Shown: positions 12,394-25,700 of the stretch, in pieces
Layout: each line of letters begins with the position of its first letter
Position numbering within the stretch: the first letter of the stretch is position 1
Origin: Magallana gigas
Taxonomy: Eukaryota
Assembly (NCBI RefSeq): GCF_963853765.1
Contig: NC_088859.1
Location: 15,562,001-15,626,000, forward strand
Length of the DNA stretch: 64,000 bases
Reading direction: 5' to 3'
Notes under the pieces: generated by a model
Seen by the model: only the letters and a program-made list of their open reading frames with translations
Told to the model about the DNA's origin: nothing
The model's database searches: none
Program-made: the position numbers and the translations under genes

Positions 12394-13964
12394 CTAAAGC
12401 CGATGAGTATCGTCTTTAGGGTATTTATCAAAGAAACTGCCATCAAGGGCCCCATGATACCCAAATATCTAGTCCAAGAAACCACCGGTATCTCCTTGAT
12501 GCTCGTTACCAGGAAAGAAACTTCCGAAATGAAGTGCACTTTCTAAATTCTGTAAAGAAAAAACCCGAATAACATCTGTTTAGTTATTGCTTAAAAAGAA
12601 AGATATTGTTATGAGTTACTGTTTTGTTTTATAATAGTTAATTATACCATTATATGCAATAAACGCAATTTTAAACTGTTAAAAAATGTGATGTTACATT
12701 AATTTCACATGTTATATTACAATACTTGTTTCTAATTTGAAAGCCATAAAACTTACCCGGACTCTTGATTCCAATTCAAAAAAGCCTTTTGAAAAGTAAT
12801 GATTATATTAATTAATAGTTGTAAAATTGAAGCTTTTCTAAAGAAAATTGATGTAGAAACTAATTTTAAACAAACAAAAGAAATTGTTTTGGGTTTTTTA
12901 TATTGCTAAAAGTCTTTGAAACTAAGGTGATCGATAAAATGTTTCGTTTTTAAGGCTGCATTGATATAAACAATTATTATAATGAATTAAACGTGCAACC
13001 TACCATGACTATCACAAGTTCCAACACAACTTCCGGGTTTTCCGGAGATCCCTCTTGGACCAGGGTGACCGTCTAATCCCGGATGTCCGGAATCTCCGGG
13101 AGATCCAGGATCGCCCTTTTGTCCCTTTGGTCCCCTGGATCCAGGATGCCCATCTTCTCCACTTTGACCTGGTATTCCCCTTTGGCCCTTGGTCCACTGG
13201 GTCCTGTTTCCCCCGCAACCCCTTGTGGACCACGTTCCCCCTTATGACCTTTGTCTCCTTTATCGCCTTTGTCTCCTTTCATCCCAGGCGCCCCATCTTG
13301 ACCAGGATGTCCTTTTTCCCCATGTCGCCCTTTTCCCCCTTTTCTCCTTGGGGACCCGGATCTCCTGGATGTCCTTTTTTCCCCTTTTCCCCTTGATCTC
13401 CCTTTTCACCTTTCGGACCTTGCTCACCGGGTAACCCTGTAGGCCCACGCCTTCCGGGAGGACCAATGCAAGTTTAAACAGCAAAATTTCAGACAATAAC
13501 ATTTAGTGAATAATTAACTTTTTGCACATGGATTTTAATTTTGTTTACATGTAGCAGCAGATGTTATACCTTTAGGACATCTTGAGAAGTCTCCAAAGCC
13601 GTGATCTGACGGAGGGGTAGGGGGAGACGGTGCTGTAAATATTTCAAAACGATCTAAGTTATACGAACAATAGAATTTTTTTTAACCAATTCGATAGTTA
13701 TACATTTACAACCTGTAAATTAAATGCAATGTACGAACATCAAGTAAAATACACATCATACATTTTTTTCTTCACAAACAGTTACTTAAAAGATGCCACT
13801 TCAGTTTTCAAACTTTAAAAATCTCATTTATTTTCATTTGTTTTGGAATTTTAAGTTGCTTTCTTATAAACAATAACCTTAATGTCATACTAACCAAAGC
13901 CAGAGAAACCTTGACTACCAACGACAACAGCCAAGAGAACGAGAACCAAAGGTAGGCGCTGCAT
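12394..13964 (-). pseudogene. Collagen paralog B, disabled
   Basis: Exons 13964-13895 (MQRLPLVLVLLAVVVGSQGFSGF), 13632-13570 (APSPPTPPSDHGFGDFSRCPK), ~13472-13004 (Gly-X-Y ending GSCVGTC), 12785-12757 (GFFELESRVR), 12549 onward (NLESALHF...). Defects: no AG at the expected collagen-exon acceptor (~13473), two 1-nt frameshifts (~13315, ~13190), and a TAG at 12471-12469 followed by 24 more open codons. Confidence 0.8.
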
Positions 13965-14357
13965 GCTTAGTGTAAAATGTTACTTGTATTACAATTTACC
14001 ATGTTTTTATACGATTGGCTTAATGGGACATTAATTGATTAAGGCATATAAAAATGAATTTTGATCAAATCTTAATTTGTCTATTAGTTTTCATTTACAT
14101 TTATGATTACAATCTAGACTCTAATTTGTCCTTCAAATAAGCTACTCTAGATCTCATAAAAGATAAATCCAACCAATAAAATCATTTTTATTATTAAACC
14201 TTTTTACCCTTTTGAACTTCAGTTAACATTACAAGGATATAGACGAAATCAATCCCATTTTTATCTTTACATATAAATGCATGTATTCACTATTGAAATT
14301 ATCTTATCATTGCATGTAAAAATATAAGATGAGAATTAACACTCTCCAACGCTATTT

Positions 14358-15165
14358 AAACAAGAAATGAATTCCTGGGTCCCCCGCCGGTCAAGCAGTA
14401 TACTAGTATCGAGTCTATCGACCAAGGCTGATTTAGGAACTTGACCAAGGTATTAGTGGTATAAACATTTGGTATAAATTTAATGAAAATCCGTCATAAT
14501 GTGTAGGCATGAGAGCGCTTACAAGGTCAATTTTTGGATAAAACGGAGTCATTATTGTGGTCAAAGTCCCATAACTCCAACAAAAAGTATCGACCAATGC
14601 TGATTTTCGAACTTGACCAAAGTATTAGTGGTATAAACATTTGGTATAAATTTAATGAAAATCCGTCAAAATGTGTAGGCATGAGAGCGCTTACAAGGTC
14701 AATTTTTGGATAAAACGGAGTCATTTTTGTGGTCAAAGTCCCATAACTCCAACAAAAAGTAACGACCAATGCTGATTTTCGAACTTGACCAAGGTAATAG
14801 TAGTATAAACATTTGGTATAAATTTAATGAAAATCCGTCAAAATTTGTAGGCATGAGAGCGCTTACAAGGTCAATTTTTGGATAAAACGGAGTCATTATA
14901 GTGGTCAAAGTCCCATAACTCCAACAAAAAGTATCGACCAATGCTGATTTTCGAACTTGACCAAGGTAATAGTGGAATAAACATTTGGTACATGTATAAA
15001 TTTAATGAAAATCCGTCAAAATTTGTAGGCATGAGAGCGCTTACAAAAAAGTGTGACGGACGGACGCACGGACACACGGACGCACGGACACACGGACACA
15101 CGGACCCACGGACGGACGCCCGGCATTTCTATGTCCCCGCTCCGCGTTGCGGCGGGGGACAAAAA
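14358..15165 (+). mobile_element. Non-autonomous Helentron (HINE) carrying about 3.7 copies of a 172-bp satellite (Cg170-like)
   Basis: 5' aacaaga start and sub-terminal gtcccccgccgg; central 172-bp tandem units (period visible at 14527/14699/14871); (gacg/gaca)-type microsatellite; 3' palindrome gtccccgc...gcggcgggggac. This is the known oyster HINE layout. Confidence 0.85.
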
Positions 15166-16958
15166 CAAATACTACAGATTGATGATGGTTCAATTTTGTT
15201 TCTGGTTCAATTTTGTTTCTCTTATTACATGTTTTTATTAAATACTCAAATAAATCAATAGTAAGTGAATATATACAAATGAAACAGCAATAACGTTTAA
15301 TCTACCTAGACACCAATAGTTTAGAATTTATCAAAACTTGTAAAATCAAGATACAAATTCTATTCTGACAAAATACATCTGATTTTCCGAATTAAACTTT
15401 ATAGATCGTTAAAGTATCATGTACGATTTCATTGTTCAAAGAAGGATATATGCTCTCAATTATTTTTTACCATTTTCGATGCATTTTTTATGAGAAAGCG
15501 GAAAATCTGTCTTGATTGCCAATAACACACTGAAAAAATATTGAAACTTGGTGTGAATAAAGGCATGATGTTATTATCTCATATATTATGTCCAGTAAAG
15601 TCAATATGTTAATTTTTTAAATTTTGAAATTATTTATGAAAATAAAAACATTTTTTTTTAAATATTTTTCAAACTTATGGATGAAATCTTTTTGAGAATT
15701 AAAGAAACATTTTTTGAAAACATAAAACGATACAGAATTTCATAATCTAAATCTACCGGCCAGCAAAGGTATCCAAGACAATATGATTTATATCCGTACA
15801 AAACATATTCTTACAGGGGCAGGCGTTCTATTAACTGTAAAGGTTGTTTTGTCATCACTGCAAAGTCCAACAGTATTGGAGAGGATACGGGATCAATGAT
15901 CTTTCTGTCTTTTGACATACGGGTATTTTAATGTTGTCAATGAAATCTATCATTGTGACAAGTACATCCACTCGTCGCTCCTACTCAAACTTTAAAAAAG
16001 GATAAGCTATACTAGTAAATATGGGACATAACGGAAAAAATACAAACTTATTACAAATTATTATTCATTATCTTAGCCTGAAAGTGGAATCGGGAAACTC
16101 TCACCAAAACAATCAAAGACAACTTGCTTCCAATTTAGGACAACTCGCCTTCATTCAAAGTTGCTTAATACAGGGAATTAAGGTTTCTCCACCCTTGATG
16201 TTTTTATGGTTTAATCCATGAAATTGTTGTTTAAATTTGAAGATCAATATGTTAACAATCAAAACAAACTAAAATATTGATATGTTGCTTATATATTTTT
16301 CATGCTGTAGGAGCTAACACAGGTAAACTATCAGAGCAATTATAGCGACAACAACTCTCCAATTAAACATCACATACATTCCATACTTAATTCCAAAAAA
16401 TAAAACCAAATCTTTCTAGAAATTAATCATTATCATTTTTTTTTATAACAATTTAAAGTCATGTGAACTTGCCAGTATGTATATAATAACAAAAAAAAAA
16501 TAGATTTTGATTCATGTTTTCAACACTGAAAAAATACAGTACACCAAATCAAAATGTCTAACTTTTTAAATAATGGTTCAAACCCACTCAAAATTGGTAC
16601 ATTTGTAATTCATTATATATCCTATCTTAATTCAAAACGAAAATAGTATCATGCCAGGTAAAAAAATTTGAAAAATGGTGTCTATACATGGTTGCCATTA
16701 TACAGTTTTGAGAGTTTTTCATTGAATTCAACGATTTCAACTATCTAAATTGTAGAACATAATTGCCATATCACTCCAAATAACTTCAATTGTGTTAACA
16801 CACAACAAATAATCAAGAAATGTGGGAAAACCCGTGAATTATATAACACTATGATCTTATTTATTCATGTAGTACCCGTATGTACAGAGTCCGACAAAAC
16901 TGTTTAGTTTCATTAAACACATTTAATAACACTATAATACATGTATGCACATGAATGT

Positions 16959-18230
16959 TTACAAACTGAAATACTCAACAACCTTCTGAATAACTTTTGC
17001 TGACTTTGCTATTCTTGCAGCTTTGGGATTTTCTGTCAATGGTTCTGTGAATACATTTCGAATACCATTTTCTGGGTCTCTAGTGTGGATTTGTCTCAAA
17101 TGTGACAAACTGAGGCCATTTACAACCAACTTTCGAAGCATTAAAGCTGACAAAATTTGCATCTTAATAAAGGCTCTAAAGATTCCTTGCATATGTAATA
17201 TGACAAATAAAACAATATTTTCACATAATGTTCTATCTGACAGACACAATTTTGAGTAATACAGCTTTTCTAATGATTTAACATCAGCCATAGCATTATG
17301 GGCCTCATATTCCTCTCCTAGTAGAATCTGCACTAATGTCTCTTGCTTGTAATTGGACAGGTTAACATCTTTCAAAGATTTTTTTGAAATCTTCAGAGTA
17401 TCTAAAAACCCAGTTATATTACCACTAAATCTTTCAAGAAGATTGCTACTTCCTAAATGGTGGCGTAATATAAGCAAGTCAGAACTTTGAATATTATGTA
17501 CAACTATAATTGGATGATTGAAAGAATCTAAAAAGTTCAGGAACGCAATGAGTGCTTCACATGGAGGAACTGCTGGAACTGCCTCTCCCTTGTAGCACAG
17601 ATTGTTTCCATCAAAGGTTAAACATGTTGCTTCAGAGGCCTCCTTGCTGATGCAACGAGTTGGTAGGGCATATATTGAAAATTCTTTTTCCTTGCACTTT
17701 GAAGAATATCAGATGTTCTTCATGCAATAAGGAAAAAAACTAATAAGCTATTGCCTATTATTATTCACAATTATCTCTTTATATAAATCAAACTGAAAAT
17801 GCAAATTTCACAAACCTAATCCTCCAGTTTCCAAATAAAAAAACACCAATGGATATGTGTGTAGGTGTTCTACAGGGGAATTTAGTTGAATGTCATTTAA
17901 ATCAATATATTCTTCCGACCCCAGGCAAATGTTTGCCTGATATGTGTCTACTTTGAAAAAATAAAATAAATAAATTAGATTCTAATGTGCATATATACAT
18001 CAAAGAGATTTTCAATCTTGCAACATACCAATAAAGAAACATGTACCTTCAAGAACAGACTGAGATGCATTCTTTGATTGCCTTTCAGCCTTTAGTTCCA
18101 GTCTCCTACGTTTGACATCCGGCTGCCCAACTCTTAGTCGTTTTCTTTCCATCTTCCTGTCTTTACGTCTCATGTGTCTAAAATGTAGGTACCCGGCGAC
18201 ACAGAACAACTCTTGTTAAGCTACCAATAA
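16959..18230 (-). pseudogene. Decayed spliced transposon gene: Mutator-like transposase C-terminus plus PML-like DEDDh 3'-5' exonuclease
   Basis: Pieces read SVSPGT..RHMRRKDRK..KRRRLELKAERQSKNASQSVLE|..TY, ExoI VFFYLETGGL (catalytic D changed to Y), FSIYALPTRCISKEASEAT, ExoII IIVVHNIQSSD, ExoIII YEAHNAMADV. Frameshifts are present. Family assignment is from motif recall only. Confidence 0.65.
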
Positions 18231-19069
18231 AAATGTTAAATACTTCAGCATATACATTGTTCTAACTTATTCTTCTAATTCAATTGAAGACATTTTTATC
18301 ATGAATGTGGCAGCTATTATTAGGCACAATTTTGAATATTAAATAGATATATTGATAATGGAAACACTTCAATTTTATCAAAAAATACATGTATATTGTA
18401 CAATTTAAACAATTGTTAGTTTATCAGCTATTAGTCATCAGTGAGTGTGGTTGCAGAAGAAAACGCTAATGTGTGCCAATACATAGGTTCTGGGTATATA
18501 GAGTTTGACTTTTGTAGATGCCATGAATTACTATAGGTGATTCTATAAGCAAGAAGTTACATTGTAATTTAGTAAAAGTTTATTCTCTTCACATTACTTT
18601 AAGTCTTTCGGTCGGTCACCATTACATTGTTTCAAATCGAATGAGAAAATCGGATTGAAAATCGAAGGAATTATCGCACAGCACCTAATGGGCATACCTT
18701 CAAAGTCAGACTTTGGTCCAAGATGGTTATAAATACGATTTCTTTATAAACAATGAGTTTTTTCCATGTTAAACAAAAATCTTCTCATGAATATAATTTT
18801 ATCAATCATTTGTGAATGGGTTTTACCTACTGTCATTAACAATATCGTTGTTTATCAGTGCTGATTAATTAAGATTGATATGAATTTAAAAAATGGCATA
18901 AAAAGTATTTATAAATCCTCATGACATATATTTTTGGAAGAATTGTTCCAATGTAACTTCCTGGGATGTTTCTTATATGAACAGCGTACACATTTTTAAC
19001 ATATATTTGGTATACACGTACATTTCAATTACAGTATCCTTTAGAAATTTTTCTTTGAAATGGATTGAT

Positions 19070-19080
19070 AAAGTGTGGTC

Positions 19081-19167
<87 letters not shown>

Positions 19168-19237
19168 CTATTTCAATATTTTTTTTAAATTTTTGTATTT
19201 GGCTAATTTTTGTAAGACTTCACTTAAAAGTGTGGTC

Positions 19238-19312
<75 letters not shown>

Positions 19313-19372
19313 TTTCAATATTTTTTTTAAATTTTTGTATTTGGTTAATTTTTGTAAGACTTCACTAAAAAG
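19070..19372 (+). repeat. Tandem duplication of a ~150-bp unit containing (AT)n
   Basis: aaagtgtggtcttataa(ta)n...tatttcaatatttttttttaaatttttgtatttgg...gacttcact occurs twice in a row, with different AT lengths. Confidence 0.9.
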
Positions 19373-20080
19373 TGCCAATGTGCATCTCTGGAGAGGCTGT
19401 TTCACGTCTCATTCCGTCAAAGAACCATTGTTGGACACTATCAATGTAATGGTACTGAACCACCAACGATAAACTTAAGTTGATTGTTTCATATCGGATC
19501 CATAAAAAGGGAATTTAGAATAAACAAAAAGAACCCCATTTTGTTTAGTTTTCAACAGCGGAGGTTATTTTCTCAATTGTTAGGTTTTTGATGCAAGGAA
19601 AAATTGCAGTTTTAAAGTATCTTTGATCAGATAGGGCTTTTTAAAGAATCTGTTGCAAATAACAATTGAATTGACCTACAGGGGAGATGGATTTGACGGG
19701 ATAAAATCACTTTTGAAAATTAAGATTTTTTTGTTATTTTATATCGTACATATTTCTAAATTTTTCAAATTTGCATTTTGAGCCTATCAGGCTATATTGC
19801 TCTTGCAATCTTATTACTAATCTTCAAAGTTGGCTAAAACAACATTTTCTCAGTAAAATGGTATATTTCTGCATGGTTTTTGGCCTAATTATCCTTCACG
19901 ACCGGCCTGCCCCTAAAAAAATCTGAGATACTTTTTAGGTTTTGTTCAAAGGAATAAATTAAGATATGATATTTAGGGACAATTCGCCCCTTGAGTCGAA
20001 TTTTGCCAAAAAAAAAAAATATCCAAAATTGATTTCTATCTTAATAATGGACTGTATTTAGATCAAGAATTTTAAATTCT

Positions 20081-20160
20081 AGATAGCTCAGTGGGTTAAT
20101 CTGCTGGCTAGGTCACACAGGACGTTTTTTGTGCCCTGGTTCGAGTCCGTCTGTGGGCAT
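20081..20160 (+). other. tRNA-derived A-box/B-box segment (SINE-head-like)
   Basis: TAGCTCAGTGG at 20084 and GGTTCGAGTCC at 20138; no convincing cloverleaf. Confidence 0.5.
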
Positions 20161-20489
20161 ACCTTTTCTTTTTTAAATTGACAGCTTTTATAAACACAAT
20201 TTAATTTTTCATATAGAATTGTGTATTTTTCATATGTAACTTCGACCTTCTTCCTTAAATGTACATTTGCTTGTTGAATTAAAGATATCGATAAAAAAAT
20301 ATTTACTTAACTACATGTAAAAGCAATCAACCTGAACTATACTTTAACAGGACCTGTTTAATGTAAGCATGCTTTGTTTAAGGACAAGAATCATTCACTC
20401 TGTGTTACTCGAGATAGCTATATAGGTGCTATTTAGAGAAAACATTCATTTGCCTTTCCAAACCATTTTATGAAATAGTACAATAGGTA

Positions 20490-21230
20490 GAGAAGCATTG
20501 AGAAGTAGATGCACTTCGTTCTTTGCAAAGAACGTGTGCATTGGTGACATTTTATGCCAAAAATGCAGGATGTTTATAGAGCAAGTTACAGTTTTCCGTC
20601 CATTTGCCATGCCGGCATTTGGGTACGCCCCTTATTCAAAGGATGCAGCTGTTAACACGGAAAAGAGCAGGCACGTAGCATCATTTGGGGGGGGGGGGGG
20701 GGGGGGGGCTCATCGAAAAAATCTTTTAAAAAATGGAAATTCCAAAAATCATGGAAATCCTATCGCAAGGGGGAGGGGGACTGTTAGTCTACCTATAACT
20801 TCTTTTCCTGTCTTAATTTTGTTACACACTCCCAAAGCAGTTGGAAGCAAATACCATGATAATTCAATCTTTTATTGCTGCGAGAAAAATGGAGGGGCCA
20901 TCCCCCCCTGCCCCCCCCCCCCCCCGTCCCCCGAATGCTACGTCCCTGAAGAGTTCATTTGAATGTACAGTTTAATGTACAGTGAATAATGATAGTGTTC
21001 AAGTAAAAAGTAAACTGAGTTTACTGTGTATGGCCTAAAATGAAGAAGAGGAACAAATATCGGTATGCTTTCTGTGATAACAGAAACCAATACCGGCCCT
21101 ATAGGTCTCGTCTTTTGTTATAAACAAGTGTTCCTTACAACACTTTTTTCTGATTTCTTCAGAAACCAGTGTTCAGCAACATGCTTTGTTTGTGATTGTT
21201 ATGCAGGGGGAGGGGTATGAAATGGAAAAG
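20490..21230 (+). pseudogene. Possible decayed Cys-rich (zinc-binding) N-terminal region of a transposase, split by a MITE
   Basis: DILCQKCR. Removing the 20668-20948 insert keeps the frame through to ..EQISVCFL* (a CxxC with the last Cys changed to stop). Several stops. Confidence 0.3.
20668..20948. mobile_element. GC-rich CAG-ended MITE with 5-bp TSD (AAGAG)
   Basis: TIRs caggcacgtagcatc / gaatgctacgtccctg; poly-G and poly-C tracts inside; aagag on both flanks. Confidence 0.75.
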
Positions 21231-21267
21231 GCAGCTTCGTAGACCTGAACATCTTCTCTAACCAAGG

Positions 21268-21690
21268 GTGACGATCTTCCGTGTTTCTCTGTTTACTCGA
21301 TTCACGGCGTTTCTCTATTCTCAGTTCCATGGTGGTTCTCTATTCACTCAATTCACGGCGTTTCTCTATTCTCAGTTCCATGGTGGTTCTCTATTCACTC
21401 AATTCACGGTGTTTATCTATTCCCTGGTAACCGGTGGTTCTCTATTCCCTGATCTGCGGTGTTAATCTATTCTCTGATCAACGGCGTTTCTCTATTCCCA
21501 GTTCCATGGTGGTTCTCTATTCACTCAATTCACGGTGTTTATCTATTCTCTGATCCACGGTGGTTCCCTGTTCACATCCATTCACGGTGTTTCTCTATTC
21601 CCTGATCCACGGTGGTTCCCTGTTCACATCCATTCACGGTGTTTCTCTATTCCCTGATCCACGGTGGTTCTCTATTCACTCCATCCAGGA
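21268..21690 (+). repeat. Minisatellite of 25-27-bp monomers organised as 51-52-bp dimers
   Basis: cacggtgtttctctattccctgatc alternates with cacggtggttctctattcactcaatt-type units. Confidence 0.9.
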
Positions 21691-21850
21691 CGAGTCTGAG
21701 GGAGGTAAAGAGAGAGTATCAGTAGCAAGCTGCATGATGAATTTAATGGTACTAATTGTTTTCACAAAATTTGCGTATAAATAAGGTTAATCAGTCCAAA
21801 ACTAGCGCACGTTTTTTTGCACATTAAATGCACATTTTCAATAGGTGACA

Positions 21851-22264
21851 CTGTGGCTCCCAGGTCGTCCATCCGAAATTTTTCAGACCGGAAGCTACAG
21901 ATCTGCAGCTAGCATTTAAGTCTTTTTTACCCTTTCCGCCGCCCATAGTAGCGACATGCATAAAAAAAACATAACCTGTGTTAGGGTGCAATTTTTTAAT
22001 GCAGTGATCGCTATCTTCATAGTCTGCATAAATCATCAAAAATATCATTAAACAGTTCTTAATGGTTGATCTATAAAATGAGAAATCTTTAAAAGATAGC
22101 ATGATAATATCAAATTCGCAATTTATGACTTCAATTCAAGTAATTTATCGAGAAAATATAAAGAGACATTCGGTCCAACGATAGACATTTGATCATCTAC
22201 AGTCATGCTGAGGTTGACATGGACTCTGCTTTTCCTAGCGACGACAATTGCATATGGATTTGCT

Positions 22265-22307
<43 letters not shown>

Positions 22308-22580
22308 GTTGATCAATGGATATTATAAATAGTTTATAACATAGATTGTTTGAATATTATTGGGATTTGTCATAAAATAATGACGCTTTTGTCATTTCAG
22401 CTGGAGGAACGTTTTCGACGCCAGCGTCGCCGAGCTGTCCTCAGGGTAATGTTGTCTTCAAACATTATACGCAAAACATAGCATGCTTTTTTCATGTAAC
22501 GTTTTGATTTTGATATCTGCAATATGGCACATTAATCTTTATTATTTGATAGAGTTTTGATTTTTTTTAATCTTTTCAAT
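21851..22580 (+). repeat. Dispersed repeat, same family as 1-720
   Basis: Colinear with the window start, including the internal (GA)n. Confidence 0.85.
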
Positions 22581-22765
22581 TTGTTCATTATATGGTGTAA
22601 TCTTTGTCCTTAGTAGAAAAAATAACCATTTTTTCCATTCCGAATCTTGAAACAGTTTAAGTATGGCCTTACCAAAAACCTGAATTACATCTCTTTATAT
22701 AATTCTACTTGTATGAAATAAAAAAAATAATGGAGAAAGACAGCAAATGAATTCTTACTAATCAG

Positions 22766-25700
22766 GATGCAAGGGTAATCCTGGAAATCCAGGATTTCAC
22801 GGACCTCCGGGAAACCCCGGCCAACAGGGAGAGAAGGGGGACAAAGGTGATCCGGGGAACAAAGGACAAAAAGGAGACCGAGGAGATCCTGGTTCAAGAG
22901 GTGTTTCCGGAGAAAGGGGAGACCAAGGGGAAACTGGACCACGTGGGTTTCCAGGAGTTATGGGACCACCTGGTAACCCAGGACAACCCGGATCATGTTC
23001 CAGCAGGAGCGATAACTTACCATCTGGTATTCTTTAGTGTTTTTTGATTTAAATTTGTGTATATTTAATTCCGATTTATTAGTATTAAAGATATAGAATG
23101 CTAAAAACTATTTGATATAATTTTTTTTAAGACACTTTGTACAGTTTTGAGGCAACTAGTGCATATGATCAAAGGTCCCCTCCATTTTTCCATTTCTTAT
23201 ATTCAACTTTTTTTATTAAAAATTAAATGTGTCAAAACAAACATGAATTTATGTTATTTTTACAGTTCTAATCCGCAAGAGGTTATCACATATGTTAATT
23301 TTAAATCACATTTGAATGTACGTATGTTTTGTCAATTTGCAATAAATAAACCGTATAGTGATAATAGTATTTTCAAACTTTCCTTTCAGTATTGAAGAAT
23401 CTCTTCATTTTTCGAAAAATTCAGGTTTGTAAATATTTTATCAGTCTGTATTTTTCGGTTTCTCTCAAGGACTATATACGGTTTGAACCTAAAATGGCCC
23501 CTTATGTGAACATCGTCATTTTACTGTTATTCTTCGTTTCCTTAGTACAGATATGCATTTGACGTTTCTTCATAATTTTCATTTTGATTTAAGTGCCCAC
23601 AATTTAAAAAATATGACATCATAAAGTTTACCTTTTCCCGCCATTTTCGCAATTTTAGCATAAACCGGCTCGTTTTCAAGCAGTTTTTTTTAAGAAAACA
23701 TTGACCGATTGCTTGAACAACAAAAATATTTTCACTAAAGATGTATCTATCCAGTACTTATAAGTGATAAAAAGTTCGTTCTTGTTCAAAGCGTCGCTTT
23801 ATATTTCCCATTCGAAAAAAAGGAAAATGTCAAATTTTCACTGATTTTGTTTAAATTATAAAAATAGCGTCACTTTTGATGTCATATATTGTCAGTGAGT
23901 GCAAGTAATTCAAATAAATAGGCCAAAAATATATTTTATATCTATTCTTCTGAAAATAACACAACAATTTAATGTACATGAAACACTTCAAAAAATTACG
24001 ATTTATGGGGGCCCAATTTGATTAATATCATATATACGTTAGTTCTTTATTGCGCTGATTTGGATACATTTTATTTTAGTCATTAGAGTTAAAAGTTGAA
24101 AAACTGAAATGGTTACTACATGAAATAATTGGAAAAGGCAACAATGGCAATGGCAATGGTAATAATGGCAATGGTAACAACGGCAATGGCAATGGTAACA
24201 ATGGCAATGGTAACAACGGCAATGGCAATGGTAACAATGGCAATGGCAACAACGGCAATGGCAGTGGTAACAACGGTAATGGCAATGGTAATAATGGCAA
24301 TGGCAACAACGGCAATGGCAATGGTAACAACGGTAATGGCAATGGTAACAACGGCAATGGCAACAACGGCAATGGCAGTGGTAACAACGGTAATGGCAAT
24401 GGTAATAATGGCAATGGCAACAACGGCAATGGCAATGGTAACAACGGTAATGGCAATGGTAACAACGGCAATGGCAATGGTAACAACGGCAATGGCAACA
24501 ATGGCAATGGTAACAATGGCAATAGCAACAACGGCAATGGCAATGGTAACAATGGCAATGGTAACAACGGCAATGGCAATGGTAATGGCAATGGTAACAA
24601 TGGCAATGGCAACAACGGCAATGGCAATGGCAACAACGGCAATGGCAATGGTAACAATGGCAATGGCAATGGTAACAATGGCAATGGCAACAACGGCAAT
24701 GACAATGGCAACAACGGCAATGGCAATGGCAACAACGGCAATGGCAATGGTAACAATGGCAATGGTAACAATGGCAATGGCAACAACGGCAATGGCAATG
24801 GCAACAACGGCAATGGCAATGGTAACAACGGCAATGGCAATGGTAACAACGGCAATGGCAACAACGGCAACGGCAATGGCAATGGCGGCAATGGTAACAA
24901 TGGCAATGGCAACAACGGCAATGGCAATGGTAACAATGGCAATGGCAACAACGGCAATGGCAATGGTAACAATGGCAATGGTAACAATGGCAATGGTAAC
25001 AATGGCAATGGCAACAACGGGAATGGCAATGGTAATAACGGGAATGGCAACGGTAATGGCAATGGCAACAACGGGAATGGTAATAATGGCAATGGCAACA
25101 ATGGAAACAATGGAAATGGAAACAACGGTAATGGCAATGGAAACAACGGTAATGGCAATGGAAACAATGGTAATAACGGCAATGGTAACAATGGCAACGG
25201 CAACAATGGTAATAACGGCAATGGCAATGGTAACAATGGCAATGGCAACAACGGCAATGGCAATGGTAACAACGGTAATGGCAATGGTAACAACGGCAAT
25301 GGCAATGGTAACAACGGCAATGGCAACAACGGCAATGGCAATGGTAATAACGGTAATGGCAATGGTAATGGCAATGGTAACAATGGCAATGGCAACAATG
25401 GCAATGGTAACAACGGCAATGGCAATGGTAACAATGGCAATGGAAACAATGGTTATAACGGCAATGGTAACAATGGAAACAACGGTAACAACGGCAATGG
25501 CAATGGTAACAATGAAAATATTAACAACGGCAATGGCAATGGTAACAATGAAAATAGTAACAACGGCAATGGCAATGGTAACACCGGCAATGGTAACAAC
25601 GGCAATGGCAACAATGGTAACAATGAAAATAGTAACAACGGCAATGGCAATGGTAACACCGGCAATGGTAACAACGGCAATGGCAACAATGGTAACAATG

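Noticed and set aside
14527-15261. Near-identical 76-106-aa ORFs
   Set aside because: Products of the 172-bp satellite and its microsatellite.
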